Assembly (NCBI RefSeq): GCF_009914755.1
Contig: NC_060928.1
DNA length: 64,000 nucleotides
Direction: 5' to 3' (one strand)
DNA from: the human T2T-CHM13v2.0 reference genome, Homo sapiens
Each line of letters begins with the position of its first letter. Within the stretch, counting starts at the first letter, position 1. Position numbers and translations under genes: made by a program. Positions 12,500 to 25,341 of the stretch are shown in pieces. The notes under the pieces were generated by a model. The model was not told the DNA's origin and did not search any database. It saw only the letters and a program-made list of their open reading frames with translations.

Positions 12500-15400
12500 C
12501 AGAGCATGGTAATACTAAGAGATGCCCTAAGGGATCTCCTGTATTCCATGCATACTCTTCCTTACCGCCACTGTGGAGTAGTAGACTAATTTACTTGTGA
12601 TAGTCCTGGTCAGTACCCCAGCCAACACTGTAACTCCCTTCTTAGCCTGTTGAATTAGAGGTAGGAGCCCAAAGTAACCAGGTGTCAATGTTAACTTCCA
12701 GTTTAATGGAAACATTGTTGTGTCTCCTGGTGGCAGCATTCCTCCCTTTGGCTAAGACCTCTAGGCCAGCAGAATGTAGTGTCATGGAAACAAAAAGCAA
12801 AAATGTTGCTAGTGAGTCAATAGGGGTGATGGTGAGTCCAGGCTCACCATCAAGCTCACCAAACAGGTCCAGGCTGCAGCTTGCACAGCAGCTTGGACCT
12901 GTTTGCATCCTTGCCATTTCCACTTCCACTCCTTGATTCCTGGACCCACGAATCCTGGCTATGGGAGAAAGAGTACTATGTATTGGATGCTAATGCAGAG
13001 CATACACAGCCTTCTGGAGAATTTTGCCCCAGTCCTGCAAAATATTGTCACCTAGTTGATGTTGTAATTGTGACTTCAGAAGGCCTTCCAATCAGTTCTA
13101 TCAATCCAGCTGCTTCAGGATGATGGGGAACATGGTAAGACCAGTTAATTCCATAAACATGAGCCCATTGTTGCACTTCTTAAGTAGTAAAGTAAGTGCC
13201 TTGGTCAGAGGCAATGCTGTGTGGAATACCATGATGGTGGATAAGGCATTCCATGAGTCCATGGATGGTAGTCTTTGCAGAAGTATTGCATGCAGGATAG
13301 GCAAACCCATATCTGCAGTAAATGTTCATTCCAGTGAGGGCAAACCTCTGCCCTTTCCATGATGGAAGAGGTCCAATATAATCAACCTGCCACCAAGTAG
13401 CTGGCTGATCACCCTGGGGAATGGTGCCATATTGACAGCTCAGTGTTGGTACCTACTACTGGAAAATTGGGCACTCAGCAGTGGCTGTAGCCAGGTCTGC
13501 CTTGCTGAGTGGAAATCCATGTTGCTGAGCCCATAAATAACCTCTATCCAAGCCACCACGTCCACTTTGTTCATGGACCCACTGGGTGATGATGGGGTGG
13601 CTGGGGAAAGAGACTGAGTTGTGTCCACAGAATGAGTCATCCTATCCACTTGATTATTAAAATCCTCCTCTGTGGAGGTCACCTGTTGATGAACACTCAC
13701 ATGGGATACAAATATCTTCACAGTTTTTGATCACTTAGAGAAGTGCATCCTCTTCCCCAAATTACTTTGTCACCAGTTTTCCAATTATATTTCTTCTAAG
13801 TCCCTGACCATCCAGGCAAACCATGGGCTACAGCCCATGAATCAGTACATTATCACAAATCTGGCCATTTCTCCTTCCAAGCAAAGTGCACAACGAGGTG
13901 CACTGCTCAAAGTTCTGCCCACGGGGAAGATTTCCCTTCAGCACTGTCCTTCAGGGATGTCTTATAAAGGGGCTGTAGTGCTGCAGCTGTCCACTTTCAG
14001 GTGGCGTCTGCATATCATGCAGAACATGTCAACTGATCATAGAGAACTCCCCATCAATACAGGCTGGGGGAGAGAAGGCAGGAGTGGAGACCATGGGCAT
14101 TTGAGCCACTTCTTCATTTAACTTACTTCTGCCCTCAGGACCTGCTTGAGGCCAATCACACATATACCACTTCCATTTGATGATGGAATGATGCTGTGCA
14201 TGACACACTTTATGGCTAGATGGGTCAGAAAGCACCCTGTTCATGATAGGCAGTTTAGGTCACATGGGGACTTGAAGACCTATAGTCAAATGTTCAGTTT
14301 CTACTAAAAGACAGTAACAGGTCAAGAGCTGCCTCTCTAAAGGAGAATAACTATCTGCAGAAGATGGCAAGGTCTTGCTCCAAAATCCTAAAGCCCTCCA
14401 CTGTGATTCACCTATGCGAGCCTGCCAAAGGCTCCAAACAGCATCTCTATCTGCCAGTGACATCTCAAGCACCATTGGATCTGCTGGGTCATATGGCCTA
14501 AGTGGCATAGCGGCTTGCACAGCAGCCTGGACCTGTTGCAGAGCCTTCCTCTATTCTGGATCCCACTCAAAACTGGCAGCCTTTTAGGTCACTGAATAAA
14601 TGGGTCAGAGTAACACAACCAAATGAGAAATGTTTTGCCTCCAAAATTCAAAAGGCCCACTAGGTATTGTGCTTCTTTCTTGGTTGTAGGAGGGGCCAAA
14701 TGCAGCAACTTATACTTCACTTTAGATGGGATAGAAAATATCTCAACTGGCCTCACACCACTGGACCCCTAGAAATTTTGCTGAGATAGGAGGTCCCTGA
14801 ATTTTAGTCAGATTTATTTCCCACTTCCTGGCACTCAAATATCTCACCAATAAATCCAGTGTGTTTACTACTTCTTGCTCACTGGATCCAATCAGCATAA
14901 TGTCATCAATGTAATGGATAAGTGTGATATCTTGTGAAAGCAAAAAATGATCAAGATCTCTGCAAACAAGATTATGACACAAAGCCAGAGAGTGGCTTTA
15001 CCCCTGAGGTAGGACAATGAAGGTATATTTCAGACCTTGCCAGCTGAAGGCAAATTGCTTCTGGTGGGCCTTTTGGACAGGGGTGGATAAAAAGACATTT
15101 GCCAAATCAATGGCTGCATACCAGGATATTGTTTATAAGACATCAGGGATGTCTTATTGTTCAAGAAATAAAACCACATCTGTACAGCAGCTGCAATTGG
15201 AATTGTCACTTAGTTAAGCTTGAGATAATCTTCTGTCATTCTCCAAGATACAACTGTCTTCTGCACAGGCCAAATAGGTGAGTTTAATGGGGATGTGGTG
15301 GGAATCACCACCCTTGTGTCTTACAAATCCTTGATGATGGCACTAATCTCTGCAATCCCTCCAGGGATGGGATATTGTTTTTGATTTAATATTTTTCTCG

Positions 15401-15780
15401 GTAGAGACAGCTCTAATGGCTTCCATTTGGCCTTTCCCACATGAGAGCCCTCACCCTAATAGTCAGGTGCCAATGTGGGGATTATGGCAGATGCTAGGTA
15501 TGTCTATATCAATTATGTATTCTGACACTGGGCAAATGACCACAGGTTTAGTTTTGGGACCCAATGGACCCACTGTAAGTCAGACCTGAGCTAAACTCCA
15601 TTAATTAACTGACTTCCAGGAGCCCCTACTTTAACTAGAGAACCACAATTACGTTTTGGGTTTCCTGGAACCAACATCAGCTCAGATCCAGTGTCCAATA
15701 GTCCCCTAAAAATCTAATTATTTCTCTTTCCCCAGTGCACAGTTACTCTGGTAAAAGGCTGGAGGTCTCCTTGGGGAAGA
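12500..15780 (-). pseudogene. pol: HERV-L pro-pol-dUTPase remnant (frameshifts, stops)
   Basis: Protease LLDTGSEL (DTG 15687-15695); RT HYIDD (YIDD 14902-14913, ORF 14743..14982); RNaseH and integrase-region fragments; dUTPase-like ORF 12527..12739 (LPPGDTTMFPLNWKL...QQAKKGVTVLAGV). Confidence 0.88.
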
Positions 15781-16065
15781 ATGAGAGAAAGATTAACAGT
15801 ATAAATTTTCGGTAGCGTAGTAGGGTCCTCCCTCAAGGGGACCCATCTTCTCTTTGCTCAGGCATTCTGGGTCTGTAAACTGGTTCAAGTCTGGAAATTG
15901 ATTGGGGAGCTGTGAGTCTCTATTTATAATTCAAATAAGTCTTTTGTCCACTCAGCATGGAAGTTTTCTGCTTATACAAATTATGTAAGAATGTAGTAGG
16001 CTTTTTATCAATTTCACTTCTAAGAACACCATGATTAATTAACCAACTCCAGAATTCCATGTGAG

Positions 16066-17590
16066 TCAGATTATTCTGATTGCTGCTTTGCCTCTGCATC
16101 CATTACAGTAACTATACCCACCTTTGCTTTGATGGTTGAGTGCTATAACTTGGCTCCAGTCACCCTGGGATCCAATTCTTCCCATTGCATTTACATTTTG
16201 TAGTTGAGTGACTGTGGTTCCCACTGTAAGATCTGGCATACAGAGAAGAGCAATCACAGAGTTTTCAAAGCTGCAGGTGTTGCCCTCACAAATCTTTTTC
16301 ACAAAGTATTGGTGAAGGGTTTGTCTTCTGGCCCCTCCCAGCTGAGATGAGTAGGTCTAAAGTGACTAATCCACTCTAGCATTCAAATTTCCCTAAGCCT
16401 TTGAATCCCTTCCTCTATAGTAAACCAAGGAAGAACAGGCGTCTCCAGGTCACTCATAGTGGACCATCTTTTGATCCATTTTTCAGCTAACCAAGCAAAT
16501 AAACTATTATAACCTTTTTTTTTTAACTCCCTGAGCTGGAATATTAAATGCAGGATCCCTCTTTTGTGGGCCCATATCAATAAATTCAACTTTATGTTCC
16601 TTCCACCATTATCCCACACCCTTAATATCCATTCCCATGCCTATTCTCCAGATTTCTGCTTATAGAAATCAGAAAACTCAAGGAGTTCTTTTGGAGTGTG
16701 GCACATCTCCTTGTGGGTAACACTCTGAGCATCACCTCTAGGGGCCTCCTGGGACTTAAGTCTAGTCATGGGCCTAGAAGCAAACAGGAGAGTTGGGGTG
16801 TTGGGGGATTTCTGAGGAGAATAGGCATTGTCTTTCCTGGTAACTGCCTCAGGGCAGGCCATCACTGTTGCCTCAGGCAGTGCATGGTTAATTTCCTCAG
16901 ACAAAGGTGGGAAGGCTGATGGCAGCATGGGTGGGAGAGAGGATGTTGCCACCACTGGGGTTGGGGAGGCTGTTTTCTCTGACAGACAGGGCTCATCAGA
17001 GTTTACAAGCTCAGTGTCACCAGCTTCATTAGTGTCCTCCCTCATGTCCCCATTCCAAGTTGCAGGGTGCCATTAGTTTGCAATCAAGGCCCTCAATTTA
17101 ACAGTAGACACTTGGCAAGACTGAGTGTGCACCTTTCATAGCAGGTCAGCCACTCTCATGATAAGAGTTTGTGTCCTATTTTTCACTATTTCAGCCCTTT
17201 GCCTACAGGAGATAAGACTCTCACTCAGGGCAATCTTAGAAGATTGAGGCTCAAGTATGTGCTTCTGGAGCTGGGAATTAGATGCTCTTAGCTCATCCTT
17301 TTCTTTCATCACTTTGTCCAGTGAACTTAGGAACAACCAGCCAACTTCATTACATTTCTTGGTTCTCCAATATGGTCAAAAGTATGTACAGAGTCACTAA
17401 ACTCCTTGCCTTTCATGAGTAGTGAATCAGGAATATCAAATGCATTTATTTTGCCTAAATCTCTAAACAGTTTATGCCAAGGACTATGAGTGTTCTCCAT
17501 ACTATTAGAAGTAGAGTCCTTAGCATTTTTGGGTCTAATCGTATTAAGCAGCCAACTCCAGAAACCCCCAAACCAACTAAAGAAATCCAT
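16066..17590 (-). pseudogene. gag: HERV-L gag remnant
   Basis: ORF fragments 17327..17590, 17136..17336, 16641..17045 and 16383..16619 (WDNGGRNIKL) resemble ERV-L Gag, placed just after the 5' LTR and PBS region. Confidence 0.82.
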
Positions 17591-17634
17591 CCTTAAAATT
17601 CTCTTCCTCTAAAACCAATCCTGGGACCAAAATC

Positions 17635-18180
17635 TGTATTAGCCAGGGTTCTCTAGAGGGACAGCACTAACAGGATACATGTATATATAAAGGGGAATTT
17701 ATTAAGGAGTATTGACTCACAATCACAAGGTGAAGTCTCAAAATAAGCCATCTGCAAGCTGAGGCACAAGGAAGCTAGTTGGACTCTCCAAACCTCAAAA
17801 GCAGGGAAGCTGACAGTGTAGCCTTTAGTCTGTTGCTGAAGGCCTCAGAGTTCCTGGCAAATCACTGGTTTAAGCCAAGATTCCCAAGGCTGAACAACTT
17901 GGAGTCTGATGTTAGAGGGCAGGAAGCATCCAGTAGGGGAGAAAGATGAAGGCTGGAAGACTCAGCAAGTCTGCTCTTTCCAACACCTTCTGCCTGCTTT
18001 ATTCTAGCTATGCTGGCAACTGATTCGATGTTGCCCACCCAGATTGAGAGTGGGTCTGCCTCTCTCCATCCATTAACTCAAATGTTAATCTCCTTTGTCA
18101 ACACCCTCATAGGCATACCCAGAAGCAATACTTTGCATTCTTCAGTCCGATCAAGTTGACACTCAACATTAACCATCACA
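17635..18180 (-). repeat. HERV-L 5' LTR (MLT2A2-like)
   Basis: Direct repeat of 11433-11980; followed on the minus strand by GATTTTGGTCCCAGGATTGG, a degenerate ERV-L PBS region. Confidence 0.93.
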
Positions 18181-18693
18181 GGAAGTATGAGGTGAGAAGT
18201 TTAGTTGGCATAGGTATGTTAATTAACTTGGATTTTATACTGAAGGAATAGGAGAGACAATGATGGGTTAAAAATCAAGATCAAATTCAGGCATGAATAA
18301 AAGGTTGACAGGTGTTGAAACCAGGAAGAAAGTAGCAATATTTTAGGCTGAAGGCAAAGGTAGAAAGCCAAAAACGTTAATGGAACTGAACTTAGGCGAT
18401 GATTGTGGGATAGTGAAAGTACAGCAGTATAGAGAGAACGAGAATCTAGACTTGAGAGAACTTGATGAAGTGAGAATGAGGGAAAGGATGACTGGAGGAA
18501 AATTCTCAACTCTCTTATTGCACAAGAATATCCAAAAAGAACAGATTTTATATACGTAGTGAGACTATCTATATTGAGATTGAATGGTCTAAGGTTTATC
18601 CAAATGACCATTAAGTTATCAACTTGGACATGTACGTCCACAGCTCAAAAGAAAAAGCAATCACCTGATCACCTGTATATATCGCTATATATA

Positions 18694-18699
18694 TCTATG

Positions 18700-18745
<46 letters not shown>

Positions 18746-18778
18746 CATCTATCTATCTATCTAATCTACCTATCTATC
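18694..18778. repeat. Compound tetranucleotide STR: (TCTA)11 TCCA (TCTA)4
   Basis: Counted directly at 18700-18763, with degenerate units on either side. Confidence 0.95.
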
Positions 18779-19964
18779 ATCTGAGTTCAGGTTCTAGTTA
18801 AAGGAAAACAAACTGGTAGACATGCAGAAAATGGTAGACAGAGAGGAGAAGAAAGAAAAGTATTTTGAGGAAAGTTGAGGGGGGAAGTATTATTAATGGA
18901 GTAAGAATGGTATTGAAGTCTAAGACAAGCCAACCAAGAAAAAGGTCTAGTGAACTTGGCCACTATGACATAAATTATGGGGGAACAATTCTAGGATAAC
19001 GCATTTAAATAAATGTTTGAGGGTTGTGATGGATGTGTAATGCAAAGAGGTGGAAGTGTTGAACTTGAGGCCAGTATTTATTACACATAATAGTGAAAGA
19101 AGGCAGTGCATCAGGTAACTAGTGTTACCAGTTGAGGGTCTCCAGGTTCTTGGCATTTTGAACAAAGAATTGGACAAAATGCACAAAGAAAGCAAGTAAA
19201 GAATGAAGTCAATTCTCTATCAGGCTTTAAAGAATATTTTATTATCTAAACTGTTTCCACATCTTTCTTCCCTACTTACTGGTTCGTTACTACATTGTTT
19301 CATAAATAATCTTTTCAAATCTATAATTTGAACTAACTTTTAGATAACTTCTGAATTAGACAAAATTATTCTTTTTCTCACTAATAACACAATCCTTTCT
19401 GGCACATTGTATATACAGAATTTTGTGTTTACTAGAATTCTTATCCTTAGTAACCTAAAGGTTTACTGAAACCCTAAAAAGCAAGAAATCCTGAACTATC
19501 AGATATGAGTATTTATAGATAAGAATAATGCCACTATTTTAGGAACAGATTTCCCCATATCACAACTCTTTCTTAATTGGAAAAGACCCAAATATTCAAT
19601 AAGCATTAAAAATAATTTTAAGATTTTAATTTACACAAAAAGTTTACTGAAAACATTTATCTCATTCACTGTACTCAATTCTTTCACTTTAACAGTTTAT
19701 CTAGACTAATTCTGTAAACTGAGATATTAGACACTATCATTTAAAGTTAGTTATTTCCTTGTTAACCCATGTTTTTACTAGCCAGTGAACATCAGGTGCT
19801 CACCTAAACCTAAGCAAGATTCTCAAAGTTAAATACATAGGTGTTTTTGCCAATAACTCAGGAGATTTAGCTAATGCTGAATTACTCTCATTTGTTTAAA
19901 AAAAAAAAGGCATGTAAAGCAAGATCATTTTGTTTTGGCTGGGTTTATAGTTTTATAACCTTCT

Positions 19965-21556
<1,592 letters not shown>

Positions 21557-21880
21557 CTATGCCAAACCCCGACACCTGAAAATATCTAGAAGAGACAAAT
21601 ATAGAATCCAGACAAAAATGTATGCTGACAGTTCTGAAGGCATTTCTATTTTTATTTTATGAATAATTTTAAAACCAGCTTGTTTAGTAAAGTTATACTG
21701 AATTCATGTGAACTTGAAACTTGCTTGAAAATTGTTGCACGCCCATCAAGGGTCCTGAGTGGGAAAGGAAGAGAGAGAGAGAGAGAGAGAGATTGAGATT
21801 CCCATGTATGGAGCAGAAAGAAAAAGGAGAAAAATAAATCTTAAACTTTGTGCTTACCTCTTAGTTGGCTTGCTAAAATA

Positions 21881-22271
21881 TGTTACCAATGGAAGGTGTC
21901 CAGATTCTTGGAGTTTTTAACAAAGAATTGGAAAAAACACACAAAGCAAGGAAAGGATGAAGCAACAAAGGCAGAGATTTATTGAAAATGAAAGCACACT
22001 CCACTGGGTGGGAGTAGGCCCAAGCAAGTGGCTTAAGGGCCCAGTTACAGAATTTTCTGGGGTTTAAATACCCTCTAGAGTTTTCCATTGGTTACTTGGT
22101 GCACGCCCTATGTAAATGAAGTGGCTAAAGTGAAGTTACAAAGTCATTTACTCGGTGTACACTCTAAGTAAATGAAGAGGCTATTTCCTGTCATAGCTGA
22201 AGTGTTTCAGCTTGATTTAGTTCTAGGAAGTCCTTAGGTTCCCTGCCTCCAGGCCCTATTCTCCTTCCTCA
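21881..22271 (-). repeat. MER51B-like 5' LTR
   Basis: Minus strand TGAGGAAGGAGAATAGGGCCTGGAGGCAGGGAACCTAAGG...TGGTAACA, then a degenerate PBS and a GAG|GTAAG donor. Confidence 0.82.
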
Positions 22272-23166
22272 CTAGGATTGTCTATTAATGTCTGAAGGGA
22301 CTTGAATAGCAGGTATTGGGAGGTGGCAGGGTTTTGATTAGGAAGATAATGAATTGAGAAGTGATGCTTGTTTGGACAAGGCCCTAAGAACATGGCATAA
22401 ATTAAATGTGGGAGTAATTGGAATTAAGAGCTAAAAGATTATTCATCTTTAAACAGGAAGTAGAGATATTTATGAAAATATATTTAGGGCTTATTCCTGA
22501 GCTTTCAGTGGTAAAGTTAATTTTATAGTTTTCAGTTTGTCTAAGTTTGTTTGCTTTTCATTTTTTATGAAAATATTTGCACTGTTGAACTAAACAGTAA
22601 TCTAAATTATCTGAAAAAATTCACAATCAGAAGTAGTAGAAACAAACAAGTATTGATCAAATTTATTAAATCAATTATACTGTCTCAGAATAAAACTGAA
22701 AAATAACTACTTTGGGGAATTACACTGTGACCTCATAGAGCACAGTATAATTTTCACTTTTAGTCCATGATCCTGCATTTTATATATTGTCAGACCGATC
22801 TCTTTGAGGGTAAAACTTTTCAGTTATGATTTATAAAAAGTAATAATTTGATCTTTAATTCATCTATAAATATGAAGCAACAAGTGACACTTCAGCAAAA
22901 AAAATAGAAATTTTACTTTTGCCCTATGTTAATATATACACTCAGCAAATAAGTTATGCGTTGAGTTTTGAAATGATTAGTCTCAGAAGCAGCGTAGAAA
23001 GCAATAACAGCAGCATTAGTAGGGACAGGGTATGCTACTCACGTATTGACTCACTACAACGATCATAGCCAGTTGTAAATAGACAAAATAAAAATCAGCC
23101 ATAAGCTATTATAAAAATGTCACAATATTTTAAAAATACTTTTGGGTGAATAGAAAATCTGTAATC

Positions 23167-23765
23167 TGTAAACCAAAAAGTATCTGAGATAAGTCACAAT
23201 TAATTTAGAAACTTTATTTTGCCAAGGTTAAGGATGCGCCATTGGCACAGTCTCAGGAGGTCCTGACGACCTATGCCCAAGGAGGTCGAGGGCTACGACT
23301 TGCTTTTACACTATTTAGGGAGACATAAAAATCAATAAAAGTAAGATTTGCATTGGTTCAATCCGAAAAGGCAGAACAACTCAAAGCAGTGGTGCAGAGG
23401 TGGGGCAGCCAAGTCATAGGTAGATTTAAACATATTCTAATTGTCACTTGGTTCAAAGAGTTATTATCTATAGAAAGAAATGTCTGGGTTACAATAAGGG
23501 GTTGTGGGGGCCTAGATGTTGTCATGCAGATGAAGCCTCCAAGTAGCAGGCTTTAGAGATAATAGGTTATAAATGTTTCTTATCAGACTTAAGGACTGTG
23601 TTGATGTTAATGCTGGAGGGATAAAATGAGGCATGTTCAACCCTCACTTCACTTCATGGCATGAACCAGTCTTTCAGGTTAAATTTTAGGGTGCCCTGGC
23701 GGAGGAGCAGGCTCATTCAAATGACAGCCTGGTGAGTGGGATTTGAATTTTATTTTTGGTTTCCA
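23167..23765 (-). mobile_element. MER4A1/MER4B-like solo LTR
   Basis: TGTAAACCAAAA and TTTTGGTTTCCA termini; TSD AATC (23163-23166, 23766-23769). Confidence 0.88.
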
Positions 23766-24890
23766 AATCTATAGATTTGGACTTCTTCACACTTAAAGAT
23801 ACATGGCTGTGTTAAGACAAAGAGTTAGAGAGGAAGGTTGGAGGGAAGAAGGAAGAAATGCCTGGGCTGTGCAATTTAGACTCTGGATCCAGGAGGGACA
23901 GGGTTCTATCACTGTTCACAGCTCCTAAGACTAAGACTCCAGACAATTTATCTGGCTTATTCCTCCCTTAAACTTCCCAGTGAAACACCAGTGCTTTTTT
24001 ATGGCCATAGCACTAGTCTCCTGAAACAGCTAACTGTATAAGTTACGTGTCCTATTACCTCATAATGTCAAAAAAATCCTGTACCAGAAGAAAAGAAGTT
24101 AAAAGTCTTGTGTTGTAAATTAGAATTACCAAGCTTAAAATGCAAATATGCCCTGGAAAGACAGCACTTAAACACCCATTAGTATAAGATTTGCTTTTGT
24201 TTTGAAGCTTAAGGTAAATGGAAATGGGGAACAAGCATATATTAGGTTCATGAAATTAAGAATGATGACATAAAGCCAGAGTTGAGCTTCACATAAGACA
24301 AGATTCACACTCAGTTGTACCTGGGTCCCCACTGAAATTCAGAAGGTCAACAGAGAGCCAAATGTGAAAGTATTTTGCCTTATAGAAGCAAAATAAGCTG
24401 GTCTTCATTCGATTTAAGATTTGTAAAATTTTTTGCTTGCTGTTAACAAGTCTCATTTCATATTAAAGACCTTTATATGCCATACATTGGTCAATGTATA
24501 AAAGAAGTTGTTATAAAGACCTCCTAAAACCATACTTTGTTTTGCATATCTGATGAAGTGAAAGTAGCCATAAATATCTTGGTAATTTCGTCCCTCTGTC
24601 GTTGTAATAGGCCTTTTTTAAGTTTGCTAATCTTTCACACATTGAATTTAATAATAGTTATTTGCAAGTGAAGAACATACTATCCCAAATGACCACAACT
24701 GAAATGCAAATATAATTTCCTAATATATAAGAGCAGATGCTTTAGTGTTAGAAAAGGCTATAAGGCTGTCTCTTAATCCCTTTTACTCTTCTTACTACTT
24801 GTAAAACTTGGGGTAACTTATGAATGGTTAAGCCTTAGTTTTCATATACATTAAATAGCACTTCATGGAATTTTAATGAATATTAAATAA

Positions 24891-25325
24891 TGTTGCAGAA
24901 TTTTGCTCCTTAGTTCAGTTAAAACTAGGAGCTTGTCACACGACCAGGAAAATTTAGGCATGGGGACACATTGAAGGGTGAGTACAGCAGGATTTTATTG
25001 GGTGAAAAGGGAAAAAAAGGAAAATAAAACTCAGCAAAGTGAAATGCAGTCCTGCTAACAGGCCCTCCACCTCACAGATTGACTCCCAGGTCACCACAAA
25101 AGCTGAAGAGAATAGATGCCTCCCTTGCATAAGGCAGGAATTCCCCATGGTTCCACCCACTTCCCATAGTGCACAGGTGGGGCTCCAGTCTGCTGTGGGC
25201 ATGCCCAGACAAGCCCTGGGCAGGTTCCCTCAGCTGCTCAAAAGCATCTGATGTAAACACTTGTAGGGCGGGCTGGAGATTCTCTGGGGACCTCTTTTTA
25301 TCTGCCTAGGCATTTGGCTGTCTCA
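24891..25325 (-). mobile_element. MER61 (C/E-like) solo LTR
   Basis: Minus strand TGAGACAGCCAAATGCCTAGG...CTGCAACA; internal p53 element typical of MER61; AATAAA (minus) at 24994-24999. Confidence 0.85.
25197..25216. promoter_or_regulatory. Perfect p53 response element
   Basis: GGGCATGCCC-AGACAAGCCC = RRRCWWGYYY x2, zero spacer, no mismatch; imperfect third half-site GGGCAGGTTC at 25218-25227. Confidence 0.9.
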
Positions 25326-25341
25326 GTATAATGCATTGTAA

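Larger units (their letters stand above)
11433..18180 (-). mobile_element. Full-length HERV-L provirus with two MLT2A2-type LTRs
   Basis: Paired LTRs, ~5.65-kb internal region, exact 5-bp TSD GGAAG (11428-11432, 18181-18185); gag, pol and dUTPase remnants, no env. Confidence 0.96.

Noticed and set aside
18219-18641. 140-aa Leu/Ser-rich ORF
   Set aside because: Antisense of purine-rich, probably L2-derived sequence; no domain, non-ATG start
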